DNA of 64,000 bases from Ramazzottius varieornatus. Its lineage: Eukaryota; Animalia; Tardigrada. The position numbers were made by a program, and so were the translations under genes. Location of the stretch: NCBI GenBank assembly GCA_001949185.1, contig BDGG01000001.1, positions 2,869,324 to 2,933,323 of the forward strand, given 5' to 3'. The notes below the pieces were generated by a model. It was not told the DNA's origin. It worked only from the letters and a program-made list of their open reading frames with translations, and made no database searches. Shown piece by piece: positions 51,199-64,000 of the stretch; within the stretch, counting starts at the first letter, position 1, and the number at the start of each line of letters is the position of its first letter.

Positions 51199-52323
51199 AT
51201 GGCCAACTGCTCCGGTGTTGATAGTTGGCAGGCTTATGAGGAGACTACCGCTTCGGCACCGAAAGCTCTTCGCCTCGACCCGAACTTTTGCAGTGTGACT
51301 TTTCGGGTCGGAGACGATGTTGACGAGAAACTAGACGTTCCCTTATACAGGTAGGAGACTAATGAGAGTTCTGTATACGTATCAAGACTTGGTAACAAGT
51401 CTTGGTATCAAGTCTTCGCATTCGTAGCAGTGTTCGGTTCGCTTAATGATATTTCTGGTGGCCTCACGACTTTCGGTTCACTGTAGTGCTCTGCTGGCTG
51501 CCTGAAGTCCTGTCTTTGTCACAATGTTGTATGGATCGCTCGCGCAGAGAAACGACCTGACTAATGTGACGGATATCAAGCCCGCCATCTTCCAACTAAT
51601 GATGAAGTAACTACCACCAGCATCGGATGAACTGATTCCCGGTTTCCCATGACTTACCCAGTTCCTGTTTTACAGATTTAGATATACTGCCGACACATCG
51701 GGCATCGACCATACGAATTTTGCCGAAGTTTATAAAGCTGCTGACAAGTGCGACATCGTTCCTTTGAGGAAGAAACGCGCCACAGCATTCGGCAGATATA
51801 TCTGTATGGAACAAATCGGCGAGTTCTTAGCTTTTGTAAGTCGGCGAACTTTCTCAGACAGTGAGGAAAATCCGCGAGAAGTGCTTGGTGAAGCCCTGGA
51901 CTTTATCCGTTTCCCGCGAATGTCGTTGAAGTGGTTTCACGAGATTACCCAAGAGGTAGAACCTCACAGTTATACTTGAGGCGAAGTTGCAAACTAACTC
52001 ATCTCTTTCAGAGTACTTTGCTTACATGGAAGGAAGTAGCAGAGATGGCTTTCTACAATGCTGTAGATGGGAAGGTCCCTTTTGCAAAATATTTCTCTGG
52101 CAAAGTTCGTCATTCAGTGAAAAGTAAGATAGTTGAGAAACGTTGGTTTGCTGATACGTCTCTTTTCCTGTTGCATTTAGGAATGTTGCTCCTGTTCGGT
52201 TTAGTGAAGGCCCGTCTGTCCCGTATACCGATGGCTGAGGTTTCGTTCCCCGGGGTAATTGGCTACAGGAGGAGGCCCGAGGAAATTCGGTACGTTTACC
52301 TTCAAACCGTACGGAGCTTGTGA
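51199..52323 (+). pseudogene. BTB/POZ(-BACK)-domain gene with in-frame stop
   Basis: CSVTFRVGD...ALLAA*SPVFVTMLYG...DIKPAIFQLMM..YT..EVYKAADKC..L and LDFIRFPRMS. TGA at 51503-51505 falls at the usual R of LAARSPVF, and the BACK region looks shortened. Confidence 0.65.
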
Positions 52324-53470
52324 TCACTACAGCATCATCCTGCATGTTCTGCAGAGGCGCTTTGGAGTACAACATCGCTTCGAATGACCATTCGTTTCCA
52401 TTCCTCTGCCCGCGCCAAACTGCGATCATCTACCAAAGCATTTACGAACTGTAAGCTGTGTGGGATTACTTCCTAATTATTGGTTTTTGAAGACCTTCTG
52501 AAATCGAGAAATGTGGAACATACAAAACGGAAGTATTCCAGTCTTAGGAGAGCCAATGATAACACAGCCACCTTACCGCTTAAACAACAATGCATGTACG
52601 CGTAAGGCATTGGCGACGGTGGCTTATACTTGGCTGTCGACTCACCCGAGCTCCTCAGGTACGAGAACCGCGAACATCTAAACCCGCGGTATGTTTACTT
52701 AGCTCGTTCTGCAAGATAGCGACGAATATCAGTGTATGAACACATTGCTGGAAGAATACGACGGCCAGCTGACCGCTGCGGTATTCAGGTTCCACGACCG
52801 GTGGCAGGCTCAGGCAGCATGACACCACGTTCGGGACTGCATAGGCATTTAAAGCTCTAGTAGCACGCTTAATAACTTATTTAGTTCCACCAGCTTTTCA
52901 TAGAGAGATGGGCAGTTGTTTGGTCGATCACTCGTACGACGATGTACAGTAATTTCTGCCGTCATCATGACTTGGAATTAATTTCGCCTGACGCTTAAAC
53001 AATATTTGCCGAGGTAACCTTCAGCGGATATCATCTCTTCTAGACCAAGGTTGCACCCGCACAGCAGTGGCAAGATGTTATAGCAGCTTTCAGCGGGCGA
53101 ACCATTGTTTCATCCACGTACCATTGTTTCTCCGGTTCTTCGGGGTTTTGGTTTCATTTTGCTTGATATTAGACTCTGGTACCCCAGAACAGCTCAAGGC
53201 GGGAGTGAGCCAAAATTCTGGATTTATATCTGGGTGTTTTTGAGTTTTTCTTGTGTACTCGGAATTCGAGGAATAAAAGCCGGTAAGGATGGTGCCGTTT
53301 TCGCCGCCCGCGCTCTTGGCACTTATCGTCCTGGGTTGTTTTGCGTAACTAATTCGTCTTGTTTTCGCAGGTGTCAACTGAGGATCTCAAGATGAAACAG
53401 ATACGAGACCTACCACGGAATTTATAATCCCAGCGTTATTTTACCATGGTGTCTCATACTAACGACTAGA

Positions 53471-56400
53471 ATGGAACTGAGGCTAAGGCTTCCGGGTATG
53501 TGAGATATTCGTACCAATTTTGGCTAACCTGCATCGTGTCTGATTTGGCCTACATTCCTCAGCGTGTGGGCGTTTTCAGCAAGGTTGTTACTTGCAGTCG
53601 TGCTGCTGTGTATCTGTGTGGAAACCTCTTACGGCGCGGGAGCGACTTCGGGGACGACTGCCGGAAGTCCGGTAAGTCTGGAGAAAAATAGCCTTCCCTT
53701 TGAAAGTGGCTCTAGCGTAAACTGACTCTGATGGATGTTTTTCTGATTCATTTTGCGTCGTAACCGCGAAGCTCGCGTCCATGCCGGCCATATAATCATG
53801 GGTCGACTTTCTGTATTACCGGTTTTTTGGCCGATCAGATGTCTTAATAGTGCGAACTATTGCTGAGGGAATTAACGCCATGGGTGTCATAAGGTGCCTG
53901 ACCGGTGATCGGTCAAATGCATTGCTGTGGAAGCTTCCTTGCGACACTAAGTTCTGCGGAAGAACTCGATACAAGCGAACCTCACGTTTGTGAAATCTTT
54001 CTTTCGCAGGAGTCGCTGCCCTCTTCAACCGCGCTGACGGAGAGCCCTTCCATGACATTTTCTTGCGCTGGGCGGAATGGCTTCTACGCCGACCCGTCCC
54101 ACAGTTGTACTCACTACTTTCTCTGTTCTCCCGACGGATCTCGCGTCAAGTTTCAGTGTGCCACAGGGAAATTTTTTGACTTCAAAAGTCAATCCTGCTT
54201 GGACAGGTCGAACGTATCGTGTTTCACCAATGTGAGTAATGTAACAGGTTCAGTGTCGCTCTCAAGTGCTCATAATACTACGAAATACATCGAGCTCTGG
54301 TGTGCCAGATTTTTAACCCTTGAAATCAGGACAAAAAGCACCGCTTACGAGCCATCAATTTTGTCCAAAATCAACAGATTAAATATTTTTTCTAATTTAG
54401 GAGTTAGAATGTAGATTGTATCATCACGACATTTTTAAATGTTCGTTTTGACAAGAAATTTTATTCCATCCCTTTTTCTTCTGTATAATGTTTTCATCGA
54501 TAGGAGACTGTTGTAAGAAGTGCGACGAATCCAACCTTTACCAAGGGTCTCCGGAGTTCGCCAGAAGTCTCTCCGTCGAACCCTGCACTGTTCTCTGGTT
54601 GGCTGAAGGGCGGTTTCTCCCAGAGTCCATCGCCATCTAACACGTCAGAAAACATGGTGACGGCGGCTTCCGACAACAAAGAATACTTCACGAAAGTCTC
54701 GCCTCGCATTGGCGGTATATTCTCGAAGAAGATTCCTACCAAGACGGTTCTGACCCAGGCTGCGTCCAACAACGTCTTCGTGACTGACAAGCCTCTCGAC
54801 GCCACCTTTGATTGTTCTGGTCGTACTGGATATTTTCCCGACGTGAGCTCGCACTGTAATTTCTATATTTACTGCGACACCACAGGGAAAGCTCTCCGCT
54901 TTCAGTGTCCACTTGATCTGGCATTTGACATGCAAGACCTCGCATGTGTATTTCCTCACAAAACCAAGTGTGGTAGTGAGGAGGTGGGTGTCATGGAAGG
55001 TTTAGCTCCCAGACAACTGTTGAACAGCGGCGATGGCTATGGCGGCTACGGTCAGGGTAACGTCGGACAGGTCACGCAACAGGGAAACCAAATCAATGGT
55101 GGAACGTTCAGCCAAGGTGGACAGAATCAGTTCCCGAACAATGATCAATCTTCGACATTCCAGAACAACAACCAGCAAGGCTCAGTGAACTCCTTCACGC
55201 AACTGCAAGGTACACAGCAGCAGGGGCTCCAGCAACAGCAACAACAACAACAACAACAGCAGCAGCAGCAGTTCCCTCAGCAGGGTGGGCCTTCATCTTA
55301 CGGAGGACAAAGCGGCGCAACCAATTCTTTCCAAAATCCATCTTTCAGTGGACAACAATCTGGTGTGAATCAAAACTTACAGGTGGGTTACCGCGCATAT
55401 ATAGCAGCAATAATTGAGAGCTCGGCAAACAAGGTCGACAAGAGCGTTCTCCCAATTGACGCACGTTGACGGTGTTACTGGCTAACAGCGTGCGCCACTC
55501 GGAAAAACGATCTTGACGAGTTTATTTGTGTTGGTCAGAAGCTTCAGCTTTTTATTTGCAGCAAACATCTCAGTTTGGTGGTACTTCACAACAAAGCTTC
55601 GGTGGCGCTTCCTTTGTACCTACCGCTAGCACTGCTGAGTCTCAAGGATATGGAAACCAAAATCAAGGGTCGCTCAACTTCCCGACCAACTCGGTCAACA
55701 ACAATAACAATAACAACAACAACAACCAGCAACAACAGCAGCAGTTCTCTAACAGCCAGAACTCTGTTAATTTCGGTTCCTTAAACGGGTTCTCCAACGC
55801 TCCACAACAAAACTTTCAGAACACCCAACAAGGAAGTAACCTGTTACAGGGCAATCTAATCAATCAACAGCAGGGCCAACAAATCAGTCAAGCCCAGTTT
55901 CCCCAGTCAAATCAGCAGCAGCAGCAGCAGTTCAATCAACAGCAACAGAATTTTGCAGCGCTGCCAGGTGGCGCTGGTGGTTACGGTAGTCCGAGTCCCC
56001 AGCCGTCACTTCCAGTAATCCGCCAACCCGTCCAGCAGCCACAGATTTTACAGCCCAGTTTCTCTTCCAGTCCGCAACCGAGCGGTGGATATGGCGGAAC
56101 GTTCTCCCCGCCCAGCTTCCCGCAGCAGCCAACAAGCCAGCCGACTCCTCAAAGTTTCCCCACCCAGTTTCAGTCACCTCAACCGTCGCTCAGTAGCGGC
56201 TACGGGTCTTCGTCGTACACCCCTTCAATTGTGTCCCAACCGATCATTCAACCCTCACCGAGCCCTCAACCTTCCTTGACTCCAGGTCTCACTCCACAAG
56301 TTTCAATTCCTTACCAAAGTCCCAGCCCTAATCCAAGTGGAGGATATGGAATATCACAGTCTCCCCAACCGCAAGTAACGTTGCGGCCACAACCATCCCC

Positions 56401-59400
56401 TTCCCCCATAGTCTCCATCCCTTTTAGCGTGCCACAACCAAGTTATGCCATCCAGGGACCGAGTGGCGGCTACGGCTCTTCAGCGCCACTTCCGCAAGTC
56501 ACACAACCCGCTCCTATTGTACAAATCCAGCAACCTCAAATCTACCAACAGCCTACCCAACAACCTCAACCGATCATTCAGTTCCCTACTTACTCACAAC
56601 CCGCACCTCAGATTCAGCAACCTGTGTACACCCAGCCAACTCCTTCTCCACAACAACCCGTCATTCAGTCTCCCACGTACTCTCAGCCTCAGCCTCTACC
56701 ACAGCCACAGCCACAGCCACAACCAGTCTACGTCCAGCCAACCCCTTCACCTGTTATCCAAACGCCCTCGTACTCCCAGCCGCAGCCACAGCAGCCAGTC
56801 TATGTTCAACCAGCTCCTTCTCCACGGCCAACCTTCTCTCCTCAACCTCAGATCATTCAGACACCCTCACAGCAACCACAGATTCCATACGCGATCCAGG
56901 GTCCAAGTACCTCTTCCGGATACGGACCACCTTCGCAAAACCAGCAGATACTTTCGGGCTCTTTCCCGGGTAACCAACAGGCGACACCTCAGCAGCAACA
57001 GTCTGGGTCAAATATACAGCAGCAGTTCCCTCAGACCCAAAATATTCAGCAACAGTTGGGCCAGAATGGACAACAGGGCCAGTTTCCCCAAGTCCAACAA
57101 GCTGGTGGAAGTGCCTTCAATAGCAATAGTTTTGGCTCCGGTGGTACCTTAAGTTCTGGTGGTAGTTACAGCGCAGGTGGCGCTTTCTCCTCCGACCAGG
57201 CACCTGGCTCGGATCTGGCCATGGTGATACCTGCCGTAGAAGGTGTGGCCTTGATAAAAGCTGTAGATTCGTTCACTAGTCCGGTGAAGCAAGATGGTTT
57301 ACAAAGCTTCCCGACGAAGGAAATGACTCAAAGACTGCATGAGATTCCACAGGTGGATGCATCGTGTGATGGGCGTGCCCGAGGGTTCTACCCGCTACCA
57401 GGATGTCAAGACTATTTTTACTGTTCGACGTTTGGGGAAAGACTCAACTATACGTGCCAGCCTGGACTTTTGTGGAACAGCGGAAAAGGCCTGTGTGAAG
57501 ACGAGACTCTGACCGTTTGTACGAACCCGACAAACAGAAATGTGAGTGGTTGAGAACTTCTCGATGAATAAATTCGTGTTCTCTCAAAATGAAACTTCTT
57601 ACTTGTTAGCTATATTTAGATCATCAGCAGCAAAGAATTTTGAACACATTTCGAGGCAGACTAATGCGGCGACTTGCTTTGACCACTTTATAGGGTTTTG
57701 CTTTCAAGAGAGATTTTCTCTCATCTATAAATGGAGCAGGAACCGGGTGAACAGATATGTCGTTACGAAAAAGTTTGACTTCTCGTTTATTGAAAAGAGC
57801 TTCTTTGTCGTAGGGAAAATCCTCAGCGATGTTACTTACCATACGAGTGCGTAGCGATGAAAATGGCAGTCAGGTAGAATTAATCATTTCGGATTCATAG
57901 TTACTTCTCTTCTGACTCTCCGAACTGGACTTTGAATATCTACAGGTAATCCGCCGCACCGTGATTACAAACGTCCTTGTTTTTCAGAGTATCGATGGAG
58001 TGGCGGACGACCAACCCGGAAGTTTCGAGTGCGCGGGAAAGCTGGGAATATTTCCCGATCTTCGTTCTGGCTGTCGGTTCTTCCACCGCTGTGCGCCGAA
58101 CGGGCAAATGGAGACGCACCAATGCGCTGGCATCACGATATTCAACCCACGCGCTGGTATCTGCGTGGACCCAAATACCTTTACTTGTCCTACGACCAAC
58201 ACAACGCAGGTAACGGGAAGGACCATCTCCTCTGCTGTATAGCCGTTAAAGCAACACTTGTCATGATTGCAGCCAACTTCGATGACGGAAAGAATGCTGA
58301 GACCAAAGGAATTCGATTGTCGAAAACAGAACGGCTTCTTTGCCGATGTCTCGAATGGGTGCCGGTAAGACTGGCCGAAGAAAGTTCTGAGGAAACTCAA
58401 AACCAGCATGGTGTTTATTTGCAGGTCGTACTATTTTTGTGCGCAAGACGGGAAATCCTACAAGTTCGTTTGCCCTCTTAACTACCAGTACTCGGAGGTG
58501 AAAGAAGCGTGTGACGCGCCAGACCGGACTCCGTGCGAAAGTCACCTTTCAATCGCAAAAAACCTGGTTCCCACCACGGGGGAGATGGTCGCACAAGCTT
58601 CAAACAACTTCGTTACGAGAACACGCTTCCAACCTCCTGCGAAATCCCCTTCCCCCAAAACCATAACGAATGGCTGGATATCAGCCCCAGAAACTCCCAG
58701 CAGTAGATCGGCAACTCGACAGGACTCCACCTGGTCCTCGTTTCCCGACGACCAGCACTTCGTGGTGTCGTCCCATTTGGAGTCTCCAACGCCACCCAAC
58801 AAGCCCAACTTCCCTTCTTCCGGTCCAGTCATCGTCCAGCCAGTTCCACAAAGCCCGCCAAGTCCGCCGATCAACAACCAGCAGGTCGTGAATGGCTTCA
58901 TAGTAGGGACTTCCCCGAACGGTCACCTACACTTCGATCCTTCATTCAGTCGACAACTTCAGCCAAGGTTTTTCCATCCCCCACTTTCCCCTCCGCTACA
59001 GGGTGTGGCGCAAACTGTCATCAAGAATATCACTCCTCCGAACGACATGCGAGCTTTAACACACCGTACCTTTCCGGATGGGCAGTTCGTCGGTCAGTTG
59101 CGACAAGGAGAGAATATCAAACCTTCATCGAACTCGTTGTTCTCCATCATTCCGGCGAACGCCCCTCTCAGTCAGCTCCGAGAAAACCTTCGACCAGATC
59201 CGAGCTTGGTCATACAGGAGCAGTTGCTGGCTTTTGAGATGGCTCGACAACGGAATGCTCAGCTCGTGGAACTTCAAGAACGAAAGCGTTTGCAAGATAG
59301 ACTGAACCAACTGAAAAACACCGGTCCGCCGTTTTCAGGTACAGTAATTTCATAGCTGTAGTATTATTTTTCCGTCTGATAATCTTTCGCGTTTCTCAGC

Positions 59401-62400
59401 TTATTTTTCTCTGAATTTTCGACGTACAGGGCAATTTGTGCATCTGACTACGGACACCCAACCAGTCCATAAAGTCTCTTCATCTCAAAAGGAGCTACTG
59501 ACTCGGCATCCTTTCGATCTCCAGCAAGATATCCCGCAACGAATATTAAGCCCCGCCACGTTCCCTTCAGTCGACACCCTAACGAACCAGCCTGGAACCG
59601 AGTGTACACTGGGTGTTCGCGGGTACTTCCCCGATGTCTCCTCCGATTGTCGCAACTACTTCTTTTGTGATGGTCGCGGTCATAGAATTGAGCATACGTG
59701 CCCGCCAGGAATGGCATTCAACACGACTTTGATCGCTTGTGATCTGGATATGTTTCCAACCTGTCGGAAGACCCATTTTCTGATGTCAAAATCGATGGCT
59801 ACTGGACTACCTGTGGCTGATCGCGGCAACACGTGCTCAGGCCGCAAGACGGGCTACTACGCTAATTTCGCTCATCGATGTGCAAAGTACTTTTACTGTT
59901 CGATGAGAGGGGACCAGATTGAGTATAGCTGCCCGATGGACTTCTTTTTCGATGAGTTTCGCGGAGTTTGCGTGGAGTTCGGTGACTGTGTGCCATCGTT
60001 TGCCCATATCGAGGGCGCTGCGACGACTACGCAACAGTTGAAGGAGATGGGTTTCGCACTGGCTGGACGCTTCCCTCGGCAGTTCGACCAGGTAACCAAA
60101 TGCTCTCAATCCGCTGCGGTAATGACTGAATTATGGGAACTAGGCAAACAAAAACGTCGAGATCGTTTTGACAAGTGGCGCACGATATCCGTTAACAGTA
60201 GTTGAAACATGCGCCACTTGGGTAAATGATCCGGTCTAGTTTATTTGTCGAGCTCTGGTGATTTCTCCGCTCTTTGTCGAATGATAATTTTTATTCCATA
60301 CGCAGATTGGACATCAAGTTACGGATATTTTCGGTCCTGCCTTGAGTTTACTAGGAAGGCGGACCGAAGAGTTCAGCTTCCCTTGTCGTGAGATCGGGCA
60401 CTTTGCTGACTTTGATAGCGGTTGCAATGGGTTTTGGGCTTGCACAGACACAGTGTCCATGGCGAAACTGGTAAAGTGTCCGATGGGACAGCAGTTTGAC
60501 CCAGTCAAGAAACACTGCGCACCTGCATTCATGGTGCAATGTCTGCCACCTACGGAACAGAAGAGGAGCCTAGGTACTGCTGGATTCAGCTGTCTGGGAA
60601 GAACGCCGACGTTCCATGCGGACATAGCGGAACAATGCCGGAAGTTCCATCATTGTAAGCAATGCTCACTTGAATAACGCGATTGTAGAAATGCCATATT
60701 AGTTCTTCAACGAGCTTATTCCTTTGAAGGTACCATCGAGGGCGAGATGCTCAGTTATACTTGTCCCTTCGACTGGCTGTACAATGAGGTGCGATAACCC
60801 ACTGATGAGTTGGTTAATTTGGTGTGTCGCGTCTTAACTAAAATGTGTAACTGTTTTCCGTTGTAGCAAGCTGGGGAATGCGTTGCACCCGACAACTTCA
60901 CCTGCCCTAGCCAGAAGAAGTCCCAGCATTACACTTTTGACTGGTAAGCTATATCTCCATAGGTTTGAATACGCACCCATAAAAAGTCGAACATTGTTGA
61001 AATCTCATTCACTACAGCGTGGGAAAAAGTGGGTACTACGCGGACTTCGAACATCAGTGCCAGTTCTTCCACTTGTGTCTCCTGAACGGAACGAGGACGA
61101 CAATGGCCTGTCCGACTGCGATGGTCTTCGACGAGAACGAGTCAAAGTGTGTGTATGGAACACTTTGCGCGCCCACTCCAGCTTCAGCGGACCACGTAAG
61201 CCTAGTGCACATGTAGTGTGTACTGTAAGTCTGACGTCGCTCGATCTTGTTCATTATCCAATGCTCCTGTATGTAGCTGGACATCTCGTTTGGTAACAAT
61301 GGAAATACTGAGTCGTCCTTCCAGTGCCCCATAGGGGTAACCGGCTTCTTCGGCGACCCGTTGTTCTCTTGCCGAACTTACTGGCAGTGTACGGCAGGAG
61401 CGCGGCTCAACAACCGCAGTTGCCCCGGTAAGTACTTCCAATATGGTATGAGTACCGCACTTGACAGTGTAATATTCACAAATATATATCGGAATGGTAT
61501 AGGCTTACTGAGATTCAACGCCACAACACAGACTTGTGAACAAGCACGACATGTAATCTGCGCTGATCCCTTGGTTCTTGAAAGCCTCTTCCCTGTAAGT
61601 CCACTCCCTTGAAATACCGTAACTCTCAAGTCATCAATCGTGGATGCGCTGGTTTCTACAGGGATTACTTCATGGACCCGGAAGTATAGCTCCGCGTATG
61701 CAACCCTTCAATCAGTTCAGTCCATTCAGGCTACCACTCGATAGCTTCAACAAGTTCTTCGATCCCTCAGTACAACCAGTGGCGCCACCACCGGACTTCA
61801 CTTTTAGTCCGAACAGGCTGGTGTGCGAACCTGGACAGATTGGATTCTTCGCGGAGCCGAAAAGCAATTGCAGAAGTACAAATCCTATTTCTGATTTCTG
61901 AAACAAGTGTTTCTAATTCAAACATTCTTGCTCTGTAGCATTCTTTTACTGCGAAGCAGACGGAGTTAAAAAGCACTTTGCTTGTCCAAGCAATATGCTC
62001 TTTGATGAAACCGTAGGCCGATGCCAGGACGAGACCGCGTCAGTGTGTGGACCGCGAGTCTTCTTCCAGCAAAGAGCTCTCAATCCAGCAAACTTTGGGG
62101 TAAGATCCTTGGCAATAATATTTTGTATTTCGCTACCGATATTGATCGAACTGTTTTTAGTTTGGACAGGAAGGTGCCTCGGAAGGAGTTCCTGTAGGAA
62201 TCTGCGGAGGTCGGGTAGGGCTCTTTGCGGACATCAGTAGCGGCTGCCATAACTTTTTCATGTGCCACGCGAATGGGTCTTTGGTGAACCAGTCGTGCCC
62301 AGGTTCCTTGCTCTTCAACGAGAGAAGCTTCATGTGTGACTGGCCGACAAACGTTCGGTGTGGAGAAACTGCTGTTCAGTCTCAGAATCTCCTGCTGGGC

Positions 62401-64000
62401 ATGCCTGTCGGACCACGGTTCAATCCCGTAAGCGACGAATGGTCCAGCTCCTTTTCATATTTTGAGTTCTGCCACCTCGTTCTCTATCTCATCGACTCGA
62501 TAACATTTTCCACAGATAGATCCGTCTGGAAATGTGTTGTTTATACCGGGCTCTATACCTGGTTCCCTGTTCCAAGTCCCAAGTTTCGGTGAACAATCGC
62601 CAAACGATCCATTTTCTCGGAGTATGACGCCGTTCCAGCTGTCACCATCAGAACAAGCGTCCATCGATTTCCCGAAGTACTCGGCCGATGGCAAGCACTT
62701 GGAGCTCGCCTTGGGCTCTTCCAACCCATCAAGATTTTCTCCCGTCGACGCCTACGGTCGACCGCATCCCGGTGTGGTAGACACAAACCTTCGACTCCAC
62801 CCTCAACTACCCGTCTCCCTTCAAGGTTCGAGGATGGTCGGTGAATCGTATAGTCCCTATGGATCCAGAGTAAAATGGCTTGCTCGGCGGATGACGACGA
62901 CGACAACTGCAGCACCTACTACAACAGGCCTACCAACTACCACCGGCAGACCAGGTACTGAAAACATGCTAAGTACTGTATGACGATATCGCGAGCACCA
63001 GCGAAACAATTCACATTGTTATTACCACTGTTTCTTGCAGGGTGGGAAGAGGGGGAGTACGAGCCAGAAGAAGGTGTGATGCCACCGGCTGTCACCACCA
63101 CGGCCATCCCGCTTCCCGCTGCTACCACCACCCCGATCGCTGTTGTACGGTCCATGCCGCTGATGTACGACCCTCTCCTAGGTTATAGCAACCTGAATCA
63201 TCCGCTCAGCGATGCCATCAAGCCAAAGAGCAAAATACCGACGAGTACGATGGATCCCGTGAAGAGTTTCGGGGTAGACTGTTACGGAAAGAAGGGCTAC
63301 TTCTTGTCACCCGGAACCTCTTGCAAGAGCTATGTCTTCTGCAAACCTCATGGGGCTATATACTCGTTCACCTGTCCTGGTGAATACCTTTACAACGCAG
63401 AAAAAGGTTCGTATACATACTTGGGTCCATCACAGAGAATTTTGCAGGACAGTCCCAGTTTTCCCCCTCTTGTTTCAGAAATATGTGACTGGCCAGACAA
63501 TGTCATTTGCGCATCGACAAGCTCTCGTACCGCTCCGAAAGGTTCTCTCAGAAGGTGGCGACGCGCACTTGCTTCGAGCAACGTTGCGATTGATACCTTG
63601 TCGACTAGCGCTATCGGGGTAGTGGACTCCAGTTTTGTCTGTCCCAACGCTAGCGGTTATTTTGCCAACCAAGACGATAGCTGCTTCAGGTAAGTCTGAT
63701 CCTCGCACATCCAGGACATCTCTGACTTCAAAGGTGATCCACAGCTTACTGATCCTTCATTTTAGTTTCTTCTATTGTGATGAGAACCAGACTGCCACCA
63801 GACACGAATGTCAAGATCGCAACCTCCGGTTCGACGAAGCGCGCGGAGTATGCGAATGGAGCACCAGAGTTCGATGCGGTAACGGTAGTTTGACGGCCGA
63901 CTCGACCATGAGTTCGACCATCAATGTTTCCCAGAATTTCTCTGTACGTTCTTTGGAAGTGAATACAACTTATACAAGCAGTACACTTGATTGGTTTGTT
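53471..64000 (+). CDS. Very large secreted multi-CBM14 protein (>=15 domains, Q/N/P/S/G/Y-rich linkers), continues beyond window; 'gene D'
   Basis: Spliced N-terminus MELRLRLPGI|VWAFSARLLLAVVLLCICVETSYG. CBM14 units begin near 54062, 54811, 57364, 58030, 58318, 59603, 59834, 60384, 60591, 60940, 61325, 61824, 62203, 63280 and 63640. Apparent ORF stops at 57553, 59355 and 60205 lie in introns with in-phase GT-AG junctions. Confidence 0.83.
55960..56930 (+). repeat. Coding P/Q/S-rich imperfect tandem repeats with GGYG/SGYG punctuation
   Basis: Repeated SPQP..SGGYG, QPVY[TV]QP[TA]PSP, IQ[FST]P[TS]YSQP and YAIQGPS units in ORF 55526-57553. Confidence 0.8.

Noticed and set aside
51503-51505. Selenocysteine or programmed readthrough at the BTB in-frame TGA
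   Set aside because: The position is normally Arg, no SECIS was recognised, and other decay is apparent. A point mutation is simpler.
57551-57990. Treating gene D as several separate genes at ORF stops
   Set aside because: In-phase donor/acceptor sites bypass each stop, and no new signal-peptide exon was seen downstream.
1-64000. tRNA, rRNA, CRISPR arrays, prokaryotic operons
   Set aside because: No cloverleaf, rRNA signature or regularly spaced repeat-spacer array was found, and the sequence is eukaryotic.

Overview
Compact, intron-rich invertebrate (ecdysozoan-like) genomic DNA, not prokaryotic. Short GT-AG introns (mostly ~55-110 nt), moderate GC and high gene density suggest a tardigrade-like genome, but that is an inference. 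The window is dominated by a cluster of five secreted chitin-binding (peritrophin-A/ChtBD2/CBM14) genes carrying about 40 CBM14 domains by my manual count. Their long Q/N/P/G/Y-rich linkers include a 53-Q tract. Between them (30-35 kb) lies an accessory island with four elements: a decayed GT92-like glycosyltransferase, an intron-containing secreted DUF2807/GIN beta-helix gene of bacterial (Bacteroidetes-like) type that is the best horizontal-transfer candidate, a small secreted orphan, and a six-cysteine knottin-like prepropeptide. Also present are an MFSD6-like transporter, a sex-peptide/MIP-receptor-like GPCR, kanadaptin (SLC4A1AP) and a BTB pseudogene. The 5' end holds a transposon cluster: a piggyBac-type non-autonomous element, a Tc1/mariner-type MITE, a dead CR1/L2-like LINE, and a 110-bp internal LINE fragment flanked by 18-bp direct repeats. 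Gene models were spliced by hand, so exon boundaries are approximate unless stated.
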